A stretch of DNA of 64,000 nt from assembly GCA_013265495.1 (NCBI GenBank), contig MU057809.1, forward strand, positions 1,851,062-1,915,061, written 5' to 3'. A program made the translations under genes and the position numbers. Origin of the DNA: Vicugna vicugna. Lineage: Eukaryota. A model generated the notes under the pieces. It saw nothing but the letters and a program-made list of their open reading frames with translations. It was not told the DNA's origin and did no database searches. Positions 1 through 10,675 of this stretch are shown here, in pieces (the first letter of the stretch is position 1; every line of letters begins with the position of its first letter).

Positions 1-47
1 TTTTTAAATTATAAGCAGAATGTTGTTTTTTAAAAGTACGCTTCTTA

Positions 48-175
48 CTGAAGTAGATGTACAGAAAGGTATACGAATGATATATCACTTGATAAGTTTT
101 CACAAATGGAACACACATATGTAATTAATTCTCGAATCAAAACATTAGAACACGTACCAGTGTTCCAGAAGCCTG
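48..175 (-). mobile_element. Ancient L1 (L1MD/L1ME-type) 3' end fragment
   Basis: acagaaaggtatacg...ttttcacaaatggaacacac...ccagaagcc resembles the antisense 3' terminus of old eutherian L1M elements. Confidence 0.6.
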
Positions 176-720
176 ACTGCTGTATGGCCCCTTTGAAAGC
201 AGTGCTTTGTTTGCCCATTAATTTGATGAACTTTTTGTCTACTTAGTCCTTTTTAAAAAATATTTTAAGAGGTAGGTATAAAAGATGACCTTTAACCTGT
301 TTGGAGCATGGGGTAAGAGTAGTTAAGAAGTAGCCCTTGAAAGTTTGTTTCTTACAGAGGATGGGACCTTGTGAGCAAAGGTGTTGTGAGGCTAGATTCC
401 TTATCTGCTCAGTAACAGGAAATGAACTCTCACTGTATAGCTAACTTCTAGTTATAAAAATGAGCTTTGCACTCAAAACAAGAGTAGGTTCTTAACTTTT
501 GCTGTTAAAATAAAATAGAAACTGGAAACTGTTCTTTAAGAAAGTCATCCTAATGGGGTCAGTTTGAAGTGGTGGTTGGTTTTGTATCTTTAAGACCAGA
601 GATTTTAGTTTTTCTCTTTAATTTTGTTAAACCTGTGCACAGCAAAAAAGTAAAGGGCGAGATTGCAGAATCTATATGTTTGAAAGTTCTTGTGGTCCAA
701 CATTTGAAAGGAAGTCCTTT

Positions 721-798
721 TCCCGTGCTGAATTTTTCTGTTTTAGCATACAGCAAGCTTTCCATGTTGAATTTTTCTCTTTTAACAGAGAACAAGCT
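721..798. repeat. Imperfect 39-bp tandem duplication (2 copies)
   Basis: 721-759 tcccgtgctgaatttttctgttttagcatacagcaagct vs 760-798 ttccatgttgaatttttctcttttaacagagaacaagct; 31/39 identical. Confidence 0.75.
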
Positions 799-2029
799 CT
801 AGGAAACTATATTCAAGCCCCATATAACAAGATAGAATTTGCTGATGGAATACCTATTCATTATGTGTCCTTAGGATTGCATTTATTGTCACCATTACAA
901 AAAGAACCCTAGACCCACCGTGAAGGACAGCTTCTTGTCTTCCTCACCACATTTTGGTGATACTTGAGTCTCACAGGTCCGTCTTGAAACACAGATTCTG
1001 ATGTGTTATTCTAATGTAGAAATTTGACAACTTAAAGTAATAGACCATAACATAAACATTGATACTCAAAGATTCACGATCTGAGGATCAGTAGCTTATT
1101 TTTTCTTATTACTTATATTTTAGCAGTCCCATTCTTACACATAATATCCTAACCTTTGTATGTGTCATCTTAACCTATTACTTTGTATTTCTCTTAACCT
1201 CACTGATTATTGCATATATTTATACATGACATAAGTAATTTTACTTTTTATTTTCATTAATATTCAAAGGATACTAACTTTAAAAGGAGAAAAATTTGGA
1301 TACATTTTAATTTGAGAATTTAGACATTACACTTACAATTCTTTTTATTAAAATCATGTGAAAAAGCTCGTTTTATGTAATCCTGGTTTCCAGGGATCAT
1401 AATGATTTTAATTATTGAAGGTAGAATATAACAGTAACTATTTCCATCATAGAACTGTCTTAAGGTATTAAAGTGCAAATCAACAAAATAAACCAGCTTT
1501 TTGTGTAAAATTATTAGTATTGCTGAATAGTAGTTTTATATATCTTTGAAAGCACTAGAACCATTGCTGAATAATGTCTTACACATTAAAAAAAACCTGC
1601 ATAATCCTCAGACCCCTTGAAATTCTGACATTTCATTCAACTAATTTTTTGTGAGCAGGAAGAGCTTATAGATGGTGGTTATAGTAAAAGTTGCAGGCTT
1701 TTAGAAATCATGACTAGATTGCCTGAGTCAAACATTTTCCCTCTGAGAGACCTGAAAAAGACCGTCACCCTTGGTTGTATCCATATGCATTCTCTTTGGG
1801 AGAAAGAGCCCACCAAAGAAAAAGACAATTACATACTTAGGCATTTGTATATGACTTGTTAAATATCTCTTAATGTAACACCAATAAGATGGTTAGCCGC
1901 CACCGCCCCCAAACCTCCGCCTATGGCTTAGGATTTGTAAAAATGCTACTTGTTCTTTAAAAAAAAAAAGGTTGAGTGTAGAAAACTATAAAGATAGTAA
2001 AAATTAAACTGGGAAAGAAAAGAAAGTAA

Positions 2030-2770
2030 ACATCAACAGAAGTCTTCCTCCCCACAGATTAACCATTGTTAACATATGTATAAGTACACACATCCCCATA
2101 GAAGTGGGATCAAATTGTATGCTATTCTTTAATCTTACACTCAACAATCTGTTGCTTTTCAAATCTATAACTATAGACAGGCACCGTTATTTTTAATGGA
2201 TAGATGCATACTTTTCCACTGTGAGCCAGATTTTCCTTAACTCTCGGATTAATAGGCATTGAAGTTGTTCAAGTTCTTCTCCTCCTTAAATCATGACGTG
2301 ATGAATATGGTTAGTTATGTATCTTTTCCTGCTTGTCTGATAATCACCTTAGTTAGGGTAGATACCTTGGAGGAGGATTGCTGCATCCCAGAGTATGTCC
2401 ATTTTGTTCCGTATCGCCAGGCTGTCCTTGAGAAAGGTAGTGTTAATTTATACTTTGACTAAGTCCTCATTTCCACAACTTCTCACCAGCTGCTGCTTTG
2501 TCGGTCTTTTAAAATTGTTGCAAGTCAGAAATACGCAAACTGATAGCTTCTTTGTTCCTATTTTATCTTTCATTTATTTTTTTATTGCTGTAACTTTTTA
2601 TCACAAAAAAATGTAAACATGTGCAGTATTGGAATATGTACCTATCACCCAGGTTTTCACCTCAGTAATTTTAGCTCATTGTTAATCTTGTTTCTTCTAC
2701 ATCCCACCTGTTCCCTTCTGCCCATTCATTGTGAAGCAAGTACCAGACATTATCATTTAATGTGTAGTAA
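2030..2770 (-). mobile_element. Degraded L1ME/L1MC-type 3' UTR fragments
   Basis: Antisense L1 3' motifs (gatacc...ggattgctg...cagagtatg; aagcaagtaccagacattatcatt). Confidence 0.5.
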
Positions 2771-2989
2771 ATTATTGCTTAACACTCCATTTTTATTTTA
2801 ACCTGTTACTGAGAATGCGTATTCTTTTATATACATGTTGGGTACAAAGTGGTTATACATTTTAATTTAGCAGTGAATTAGTTGGTTTTCTTTCTCTAGT
2901 TTTATACCAGTTGCATTAGTGTAATTTAGAACTTAGGTTTAATAATCTTAAGATGTTGGATGTAAGGATAATATTCAGTTCCAGGAAAG

Positions 2990-3218
2990 TAACTAGACTT
3001 TGTGCTGGTCAGATAACATCAGCATTTAGTCCTGGGTGTGACATGTTCAGAAGGATACTGACAAATGGGCACATCCACAAGAGAGTGGTCAGTGTGGGGA
3101 AATTAGGGCGTAGTCATACAGAGGAGGTTGGTGGGGATCTTTAGTTTGGTTAAGACAAAACTGAGGAAAGAGGGTGGTGAATGGGTGCAACTATCTAAAG
3201 TTGTGTCATGTGGGAGGG
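2990..3218 (+). mobile_element. L3/CR1 LINE fragment
   Basis: agtcctgggtgtgacatgttcagaaggatactgacaaatggg...ccacaagagagtggtcag...tgtcatgtggga matches the CR1 3' ORF2 region. Confidence 0.6.
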
Positions 3219-3516
3219 TTTCAGGGAGATAGCAAGGAAGAAGCTACTAATTAAGTAGCAATAAATCCTTTCCTGTGGCTCTCGTACTTAGCTTTTACTG
3301 ATTTTGTTTATATATAGCTGATGAAAGCAAGTGATTAGTTATTGGCACGAATGATGCTTTTGGATTTCAAGGAAAACCTGAGATGATCTTTGTCAGGTTT
3401 TATTCTACATACCCGTATCTCCAAAAAAGAATTTAACTCTGAAATTTAAAGTGATTTTGCCATACAAGAAAACACTGTAGAAAAGAATAACTTTCTGGCT
3501 AGAAGGTTGCCTAGGA

Positions 3517-3794
3517 TAGGTCCAGAATTCCCTATGTATAGTTTCAAAATAAAAGTTCTGAAATATTTTTTTATAACTCATTGGAGGCAAAACTTGACCT
3601 GAATGTATATGTCTTTATTTATCCTTCTTGGTGTGAATATTCATACGTTTCTTGGCAGAAATAGTAACATGTTAGATTATATTGTGCTTTCCCATACCCC
3701 AGGGGGTGTTACATAGTGCTGTGTTATTACTGTTCTAAAACACACAGAATTCTGAATTCTGAAACACTTCTGGCCCAAAGGGTCTTTGAACCTA
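3517..3794. mobile_element. Ancient TcMar-Tigger-type MITE
   Basis: Degenerate terminal inverted repeats taggtcca (3517) and tgaaccta (ending 3794); internal aattctgaattctgaaacacttctggcccaaaggg is typical of old Tigger-family MITEs. Confidence 0.55.
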
Positions 3795-4379
3795 TGATAT
3801 AATTGTTTCATATATTGAGTGATCTACTATGCATTTTTGGTACCTGATCACTATGCATATATAAAAAGAGGATGATAATAATTTTCCGCATTTATCCCCT
3901 TTGGAGGCTTTGGAAATGAGATTAAGGTGTAGAACATACTCAGAATAGGATAGCCTAAAAATAACAGATTATTAGTATGGTATTATTCTGTATATGTTCA
4001 GTGTTCCTTCTGAAAACAGGGAGAATAATGTTGAAATGTATAGTTGAAATATTATAGCTGTTAAACAAAGAGAGGTCTTCTAGAGGCAAGTGACAGATAT
4101 TTCAAAATGTTTTCACTTCATCCCATCTGATTAGTGCATTATAGTGTTATTTTGAATTATTTGAAATGAAGTAATGTATCATAAAGCAGAATCAAGCCTA
4201 CTTAAGGTCTACGCTTATGAGCTCTTTGAATTTGCTTTTAGGCGTATATATTGAAGTTACTTGCAAATTATGATGATTTCATTTTAGATCATGCTAACAT
4301 CTTAGTTTAAGTGATATAGATTGCTTGTATTGTAAGCCATACCCCGAAGTTCACACAGAAAGGCACTGTGGTTAAAAAA

Positions 4380-5100
4380 TATATTTATTTATAAAGAACA
4401 ACAACTCATTTGGTTAAAAAAAAATCATACAGCAGAAAAACTCATTATGTAAAAAATGTCTCCTTTCCCTAGTCATTCTACTCACAGGTAACTGTTTTTT
4501 TTTTGTATTTTCTCCATCCCAGATCTTTGTTAATGTTAGTATATATGTGTATTTTTAAAAGATCATACAGGTAGAGTTATATATCCTCTATATCGACCAT
4601 TCCTTTTTCATATGTGTCTTAGAGATCTTTCTGTAAGTGCACTCATAGTTCTGTCAGTCACTGCGTGGTATTCCACGTATACCACAACTTTCACGACCAG
4701 TCCTTGACGGACCTGTAAGTTGTTTTCTTTTTTGTTATTAGAAATGGTGATACAGTGATCATCTTTATATATATAGTTCGACATCTTTTTTTTGCAAGAA
4801 AACCCAAAAGGTGTAATTCCTACAATGGAAATGCTGGATATGTACATTTAAACACACTGATAGTGTTGAATTACCCAAACAAAAGTTCTCACAAATGTAT
4901 CTTACTGTGTTCATAAATGCTATTTATCCTTTCCCTTGTTGCAGCCATTATTTAGGTATGTTTTGAAATACAATGAACATTAAGTTTTTTCATTTAAATT
5001 AATTCACATTTTGTTAATGCCAGTTTGAAAAAATTTGTTTGTTACGAGACATGTCAGTTTTCATTTTGCAGACAGTTGTTTGTACTCATGTATGTTTTCA
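4380..5100 (-). mobile_element. Highly degraded L1ME-type 3' region
   Basis: Antisense L1-like motifs (ctgcgtggtattccac, ggaaatgctggata). Confidence 0.45.
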
Positions 5101-5207
5101 GTTGCTGTGCCTTTGGGCCACCTTCGTGACGTACTCTTATGACACTGGGGTGAAAAAGATTGTTTCTCCTTTTTTCATTTTGATCTCCTTGTTTATATGC
5201 TTTTCAA

Positions 5208-5701
5208 ATTAAACAGCTCTATTGAGATGTAATTCACATACCAAACAATTCATTCACTTAAAGTGTAAAATTCAGTAGCTTTTAGTATATTCAAAGTTGT
5301 GCAACCAGACAACACAGTCAATTTTAGAACTTTTATCACCTTAAACCTCAAACAACTTAGCTGTAATCCCTCTATCCTTAGAGTCTTAGAGTTAGAGAGT
5401 CTTAGGGTAACTAACTTAACCCCAGTCTCTAATTAGCACTTAATTAGATTAGCCACTAATCCACTTTTTGTCTCTATAGATTTGCCTGTTCCAGACATTT
5501 AACAGTCATATAGTATGCCATCCTTTTCTGTTTGCCTTCTTTTGTTTAGCATCATGTGTTCAAGGTTCATGTACCTTGTAGCATGTATCAGTACTTCATT
5601 TCTTTTTATGGCTGCATATTATTCCATTGTATGGATATGCCACATTTTATTTATTCATTTGTCAGTTGATGAACAGATGTTTGGGTTGTTTTTACTTTTT
5701 G
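5208..5701 (-). mobile_element. L1MB-type 3' end, left part (interrupted by the U6 chimera)
   Basis: ttgagatgtaattcacatacc...aagtgtaaaattcagtagcttttagtatattc...gttgtgcaacc; tttttatggctgcatattattccattgtatggatatgccacatttt. Confidence 0.85.
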
Positions 5702-6378
5702 TTTTTCATTTAAAGAGATTGTATATATTTATGAAGACTTTGTTTAGGATAAATGATGGTGGATATCCATTTATAAAAGAAGTATGAGGTTACTGAGCTT
5801 TGTAAATTTAAGTAAAAAGCTGTTCAATTTATGGGACATACTGGATAGGACATAGTGTGGCAAAATCTTGAAGGGGATAACTGAGGGGGGTTAGAATGCT
5901 ATACAGAAATGAAGTTTCGGGGTGGAAATTTGTTCTTATGGTAACAAGAGAGCCCCCGACCTGGCAAGTTGCATCTGGACGGTAGCTCTTCTTTCTCCCA
6001 CGGGTAAAATCAGGCTTGTTCAGAAGCTGTGTGCTGTGTTCTGTTCTGACTGAACTGTTTGGAGTGTGCAGATTTTCTTCAGGTTGGGTGCACACTCAGC
6101 TGCTGTGGCACCAGGGAAGGATCCCAGGCCACAGCTCTAGGAAATGACAGGTAGGACTAGAACGTGGGTAGCTTGAGATCCGGGCCAGCGTGCTCTCCCC
6201 CTGCATAACACACAACTCAGATGACTTGGGGTGGCAGGAGGCAGGAAAAGGTGACCCCACAGCCCCGAGCAATGAAAAATATGGAACGCTTCATGAATTT
6301 GCATTTCATCCTTGTGCAGGGTCCATGCTAATCTCTGTGTTGTTGCAATTTTAGTACACATGCAGCCAAAGCAAGCAC
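5702..6378 (-). pseudogene. Chimeric retrocopy: U6 snRNA fused to a 573-bp captured transcript 3' end
   Basis: Exact 15-bp direct repeats tgtttttactttttg at 5687-5701 and 6379-6393; host L1 is continuous on both sides; U6 at the 5' end, CATAAA and an A-tract at the 3' end. Confidence 0.85.
6275..6378 (-). pseudogene. RNU6: U6 snRNA processed pseudogene (full length)
   Basis: Reverse complement GTGCTTGCTTTGGCTGCATGTGTACTAAAATTGCAACAACACAGAGATTAGCATGGACCCTGCACAAGGATGAAATGCAAATTCATGAAGCGTTCCATATTTTT aligns to canonical U6 over its whole length: about 14 substitutions (6 at CpG) and one 3-nt deletion. Confidence 0.97.
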
Positions 6379-6958
6379 TGTTTTTACTTTTTGGTGGTTA
6401 TGAATAATGCTGCCATGTTCAGTTTTTTCTGTGGACAGGTTTTCATTTCTCTTGGGTACACACATAGAAGTGGAGTTGCTGGGTCATGATTGTCAGTGTT
6501 TGAGGGACTGGCACACTGCTCCCAAAGTGGCTGCACCATTTTATATTCCCACCGACAGTGTAGGAGGGTACTAATTTCTCCATATCTTTGCTAACGCTTG
6601 TTATTTTGCACTTTAAAAAGTATAATTGTAGCCATCCTAGTAGGTGGGAAGTGGTATCTCATTGTGGTTTTGACTTGTGTTTCCTTGATTGCTAGTAAGG
6701 TTGAGCATTTTCTCCTGTGCTTATTTTCTGTTTATATATTTTTGGAGAAATGTATTCAGATTCCTTGCACATTTTAAAATTAATTTTGAGTTGTAGTGTA
6801 TTTTATCTAGTATATGATTTCCGGATATTTTCTCTCATTCTTTGGGTTTCTTTTCACTTTCTTGGTGGTGTTCTTTGAAGCACAGAAGTTTTTAATTTTG
6901 ACATCCGGTTTATCTTTTTTTCCCTTTTGTTGCTTGTGCTTTTGGTATCGTATCTGAA
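6379..6958 (-). mobile_element. L1MB-type element, right part
   Basis: atgaataatgctgcc...ttttcatttctcttggg...ggctgcaccattttatattcccacc...gtggtatctcattgtggttttga. Confidence 0.85.
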
Positions 6959-7332
6959 CATACATTTTTAAATGAATTTGCTTGATGAAACACCTTTCCT
7001 TTTGATACTGGGTTCATCAGATTGGGTACACGTGGCTTGTTTATCTTAAACACTTATTCCTTGAAGGTCTTAGGTGCCGCCTGTTTTGAGGCAGCAGCAA
7101 CTAAGTTGCTTTAGGTATTTTAATCTAGGTTCTATATGTGACCTTGCGATATAGTTTTGCATACTTATGGTAAAACATTTGTTGTTACTTTATAGGTACT
7201 AAAGTATCTATTCTCAATTTCAGCAGATAGCTTTATGGTGCCTTATTTTGATTAGCATTAAGCCTCTTTAAAGCTGATGTTTTATTGCAGATTAAAAAAC
7301 ACTTGATACAAACTCCTATTATCTTTAAAGTT

Positions 7333-7408
7333 AATAACTAACATTTTTGAATAACACTAATTGGTAGCTGAATAACTAACATTTTTGAATAACACTAATT
7401 GGTAACTG
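7333..7408. repeat. 38-bp tandem duplication (2 copies, 1 mismatch)
   Basis: aataactaacatttttgaataacactaattggtagctg / aataactaacatttttgaataacactaattggtaactg. Confidence 0.95.
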
Positions 7409-8619
7409 AGGTTTTTTTGAGATTGAAACTGACTTATTTTTGGTCATCCATAGAAAGTTAAAAATTACTTTTCTTTATTGTAGCTTTAAACCCCGTTTTT
7501 TTTCTAGATAATTAATGTACGGGGCATGGCTTACTGATAACTATGACTAAAGTTGTACAAATTAATCCTAGCAGGATTCCATCCTTTAATGTCAGTGCTG
7601 CAAATTGTTCTTGCATTCTTCCTATTATTCTGGCATTATATCTTATGTAGATATAAATTCTTATTTTGTGGGTGAAAAGGGATATAGTTCAGTAGGATTT
7701 AAGAACTTAAAAATTGCCCTCCTTCACATTTCTAATAAGTAATAACTTTTAAAGTGAAGTCAGGGTAATTATAAAGGGATGATAATGGAATCTGTTATCT
7801 GTTTGGAAAAACAAATTTAATTGCCATTTATAATAAATGTGAATGGCCTACCATTTATTTGAGAAATAATATATTTATAAGCCTTAAAAAGATTTTGCAT
7901 TTCATAATTAAAGTTAGTAAAAGCTGGAACAGTTTCTAGAAATGTCATAATATGCTGTAGGGGACAGTAATACTTTGAAGGGTTCTGATGTTTAGCCAAT
8001 AAGGTGTTTGTATTTCCAAATAACTTTCTCCCCTCACCCCCAAAAAAGATATAAGCAGTGTTTTTGGTAAATTTGCCAAGATTTTTGTTATTCTCATTAT
8101 ATCATTGAAGGTGCCTAAGTATTAGTTAAACAGCTAATCAGCTTATCACTTTGACATTACCACTGATTAGAATTGAAGGCTAAATGGAGCCTGGGGACTG
8201 GGTTTCTTTGTTGAGAAAGGGCTCTTATATTTCTCCTTGTCAGTATGTTATAACGTTAAAGGGATATTGCCAAGAAAGGAAGAGGCTGCTACTTAAGGCC
8301 CTGTGTTTGACTTTGGCGTTTTCTCACAGGTATGCTGTGAATGAGTTCAGATCTCTTGCTGAAGAAACTGGGAGCTGTGGTTCTTTTGTCCTTGGGGTGC
8401 CTGATCCCTAACGGAGGCCAGAATGCATGGAGCCGATGGGGCCAGTTACTGGCAAAACCATGATGCTCAGAGACTACTTGTAGAATATCTGGGATTTATA
8501 TTTTTAATCTTTCCTGTCATGCATACCCCTAGCCCAACATAAATGCCTCACTTTATCTGCTCTTATGGCCACATTGCTCAACTCTTCGGGGGTGAATTAG
8601 AACAACTTTGAAGATTGTT

Positions 8620-9100
8620 TGTTGGTCAGGGTTTAGTTGAAGAGAACAGAATCTAACTCTTATTACTTTAAACAGAAAGGGATTTATTTCTGGGAATTAA
8701 ATGTCTTTCTAAATTGTTGAGGGGGCTTTAAAATGCCTGACCTGCCAGGAGCAACTCCCAAATGCACCCTGCAGGTCTGGGCTCCCATGGGACCTTATGT
8801 TCCTACCTGATCAGAAAGCTGACGGTGAGGTGGATGCTGCTGCCCACTCCTGGCCCCAGAACCGTGCTGCCTCGGTTGCCATCCACAAGCGTGTGATGGC
8901 TGTGGCACACTCTGGTTTTCTCTTCCACTTAATTCAACTTGTTTTAATTCAGTTGGATCATACAAATTCATGTTTTGTATGCTTCACATTTGTCGTGATC
9001 TGATTGGCCAAACTGAAGTCCACCCCAGAACCCCAGCAGGGAGAGAGCTGGGAAATGGGGTGTTTAGCTTTCCGGCCTCTGTGGTTTGTTAGTAAGGCAG
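8620..9100. mobile_element. ERVL-type solo LTR (LTR33-like)
   Basis: tcagggtttagttgaagagaacagaatc...aaacagaaagggattta and tgattggccaaactg...ctgggaaatggggtgtttagctttccggcctctg. Confidence 0.6.
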
Positions 9101-9639
9101 CTGGAGTAGATTTGAGGCAGTTTTCTCCACAGGTGTGTGCTTTCCAACTACAGCTGGTTCTTCAAAATTGCTCTGTTGTCCTTTGACTTGTCCTTGATTA
9201 GGTGATTCTTCTGTTCCGTAAAGTGGCAGGTCTCACTCTACCTCTCTCTGGTCCCTTCTACTCTTAGCAGATACCACAGCGCAAGCGTGAAAGGAAAAGA
9301 AGCTGTGGTGACTTAATCATTCTTCTAGCTTCTTTCCTGTCCCTTCCAAATTACTGTCAGGAGCTGCGACACTTTTGGAATGCGGAGGAAGGAGACAAGA
9401 GTCAGTGAAGTCCCTGGGGACACAGAGACCCTTGGAATTGGGAGTGAGAAGAGCAGGTATGAGGAGGGAAATGAAAGCATTCTAGGGGCTCCAGAGACAA
9501 CCTCTAATGAGCATCTGATGCCATCAGACGGCTCTGCCTTTTGAATACCTTTCTTCAGAGTCTGGGGCGCCTCATTCTCCTATTTCACTGACTGAAGCCT
9601 TTCTCTTTCCTTTGTCTCCTCACTTCAGGGTTCAGTCCT

Positions 9640-10390
9640 CTCTTTCTCCTCTTGCTTCGTTGTGGGTAATCTCCTCCCCAGTTTGTCTCTAGCCTCGGTC
9701 TTCCCTGAGGTCTAGAGTCATACGTTCAGTGACATACATTGATCTCTTCTTAGATGTTTCATAGGCTTCTCGAGTCTGTCTAGAACCAAACGCTTTCCCC
9801 CCCTCCTTCAGCTCTGCCCTTGACCCAGTGTCCTCTGTCTGTCATAGTAAATGACATTATAAGTTACCCAATAACTCAGGCCAAAGCCTTGGCCTTATCC
9901 TCGATCTTCTGTTTCTCACCCTTCACATTCAGTCCATTAATGTGTTGAGAGTCTGTTGCCTCTACCTTCAAGTTAAATCCTGAAACTGACAGCTTGCAAT
10001 CAGCCTTACTATTGACATCCCAGGGTACCATTTTCACTAACAAGCCTTGTAAATGGTTACCCTTACTTTACTCTTTACTTACATGCCCAGCTGCCAGAAT
10101 AGATCTGAACTTGCCTTTCTGCTGCTCACTTGCCATGTAAATCCAATGCAGTTAGAATATAATTTAAAAATCTCACTATGGCCTGCAAGGCTCTACGTGT
10201 ATGGTGCTGGCTCTGTCTTGTTCACTAAACTTCTCCCACACTGGCCTCCTAATTGTTCCCTCTGTAATTTATTGGGGTAGTTACATAATGGTGTACATCA
10301 TTTTTGGGGTTTCGCACTAGAATATAGGCTTCATGAGGGCAGGAACTTTCTTTTGCCACATAGTAGGTACTCAAATACTTAATGGAAAGT
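9640..10390 (+). mobile_element. L2 LINE 3' portion
   Basis: gtttgtctctagcc...ctgaggtctag...; actcaggccaaagccttggccttatcctcga; ends gcttcatgagggcaggaac...cacatagtaggtactcaaata. Confidence 0.75.
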
Positions 10391-10675
10391 GGGGGCAGTG
10401 ACACTATTCTAAAAGTCCTAGTGTGGAAGATTGAAGAATAAAGTGTCTTTGTGTAGGGGGAGTTTGTGAGGAATAGTAGTAAAATATGTGACTGATGCCT
10501 ACTACAGGCAAGAGAAAGCATTAAGGAACAATAAAAATAATGGAACTTCCAAATTAGTAAGAGAAAAATGGAATGAATAGCAACCTGATCAAACCAATAG
10601 GAATTATCAAAGGGAAAGTGGGAATAATGTAAAATATCAAAGTAAGATGAAAGGAATAAATGAGAGTGGGCCAGT

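Noticed and set aside
6275..6378. Functional U6 snRNA gene
   Set aside because: It has about 14 substitutions and a 3-nt deletion next to the ACAGAGA box. The upstream sequence is TSD and L1, with no PSE/TATA promoter.
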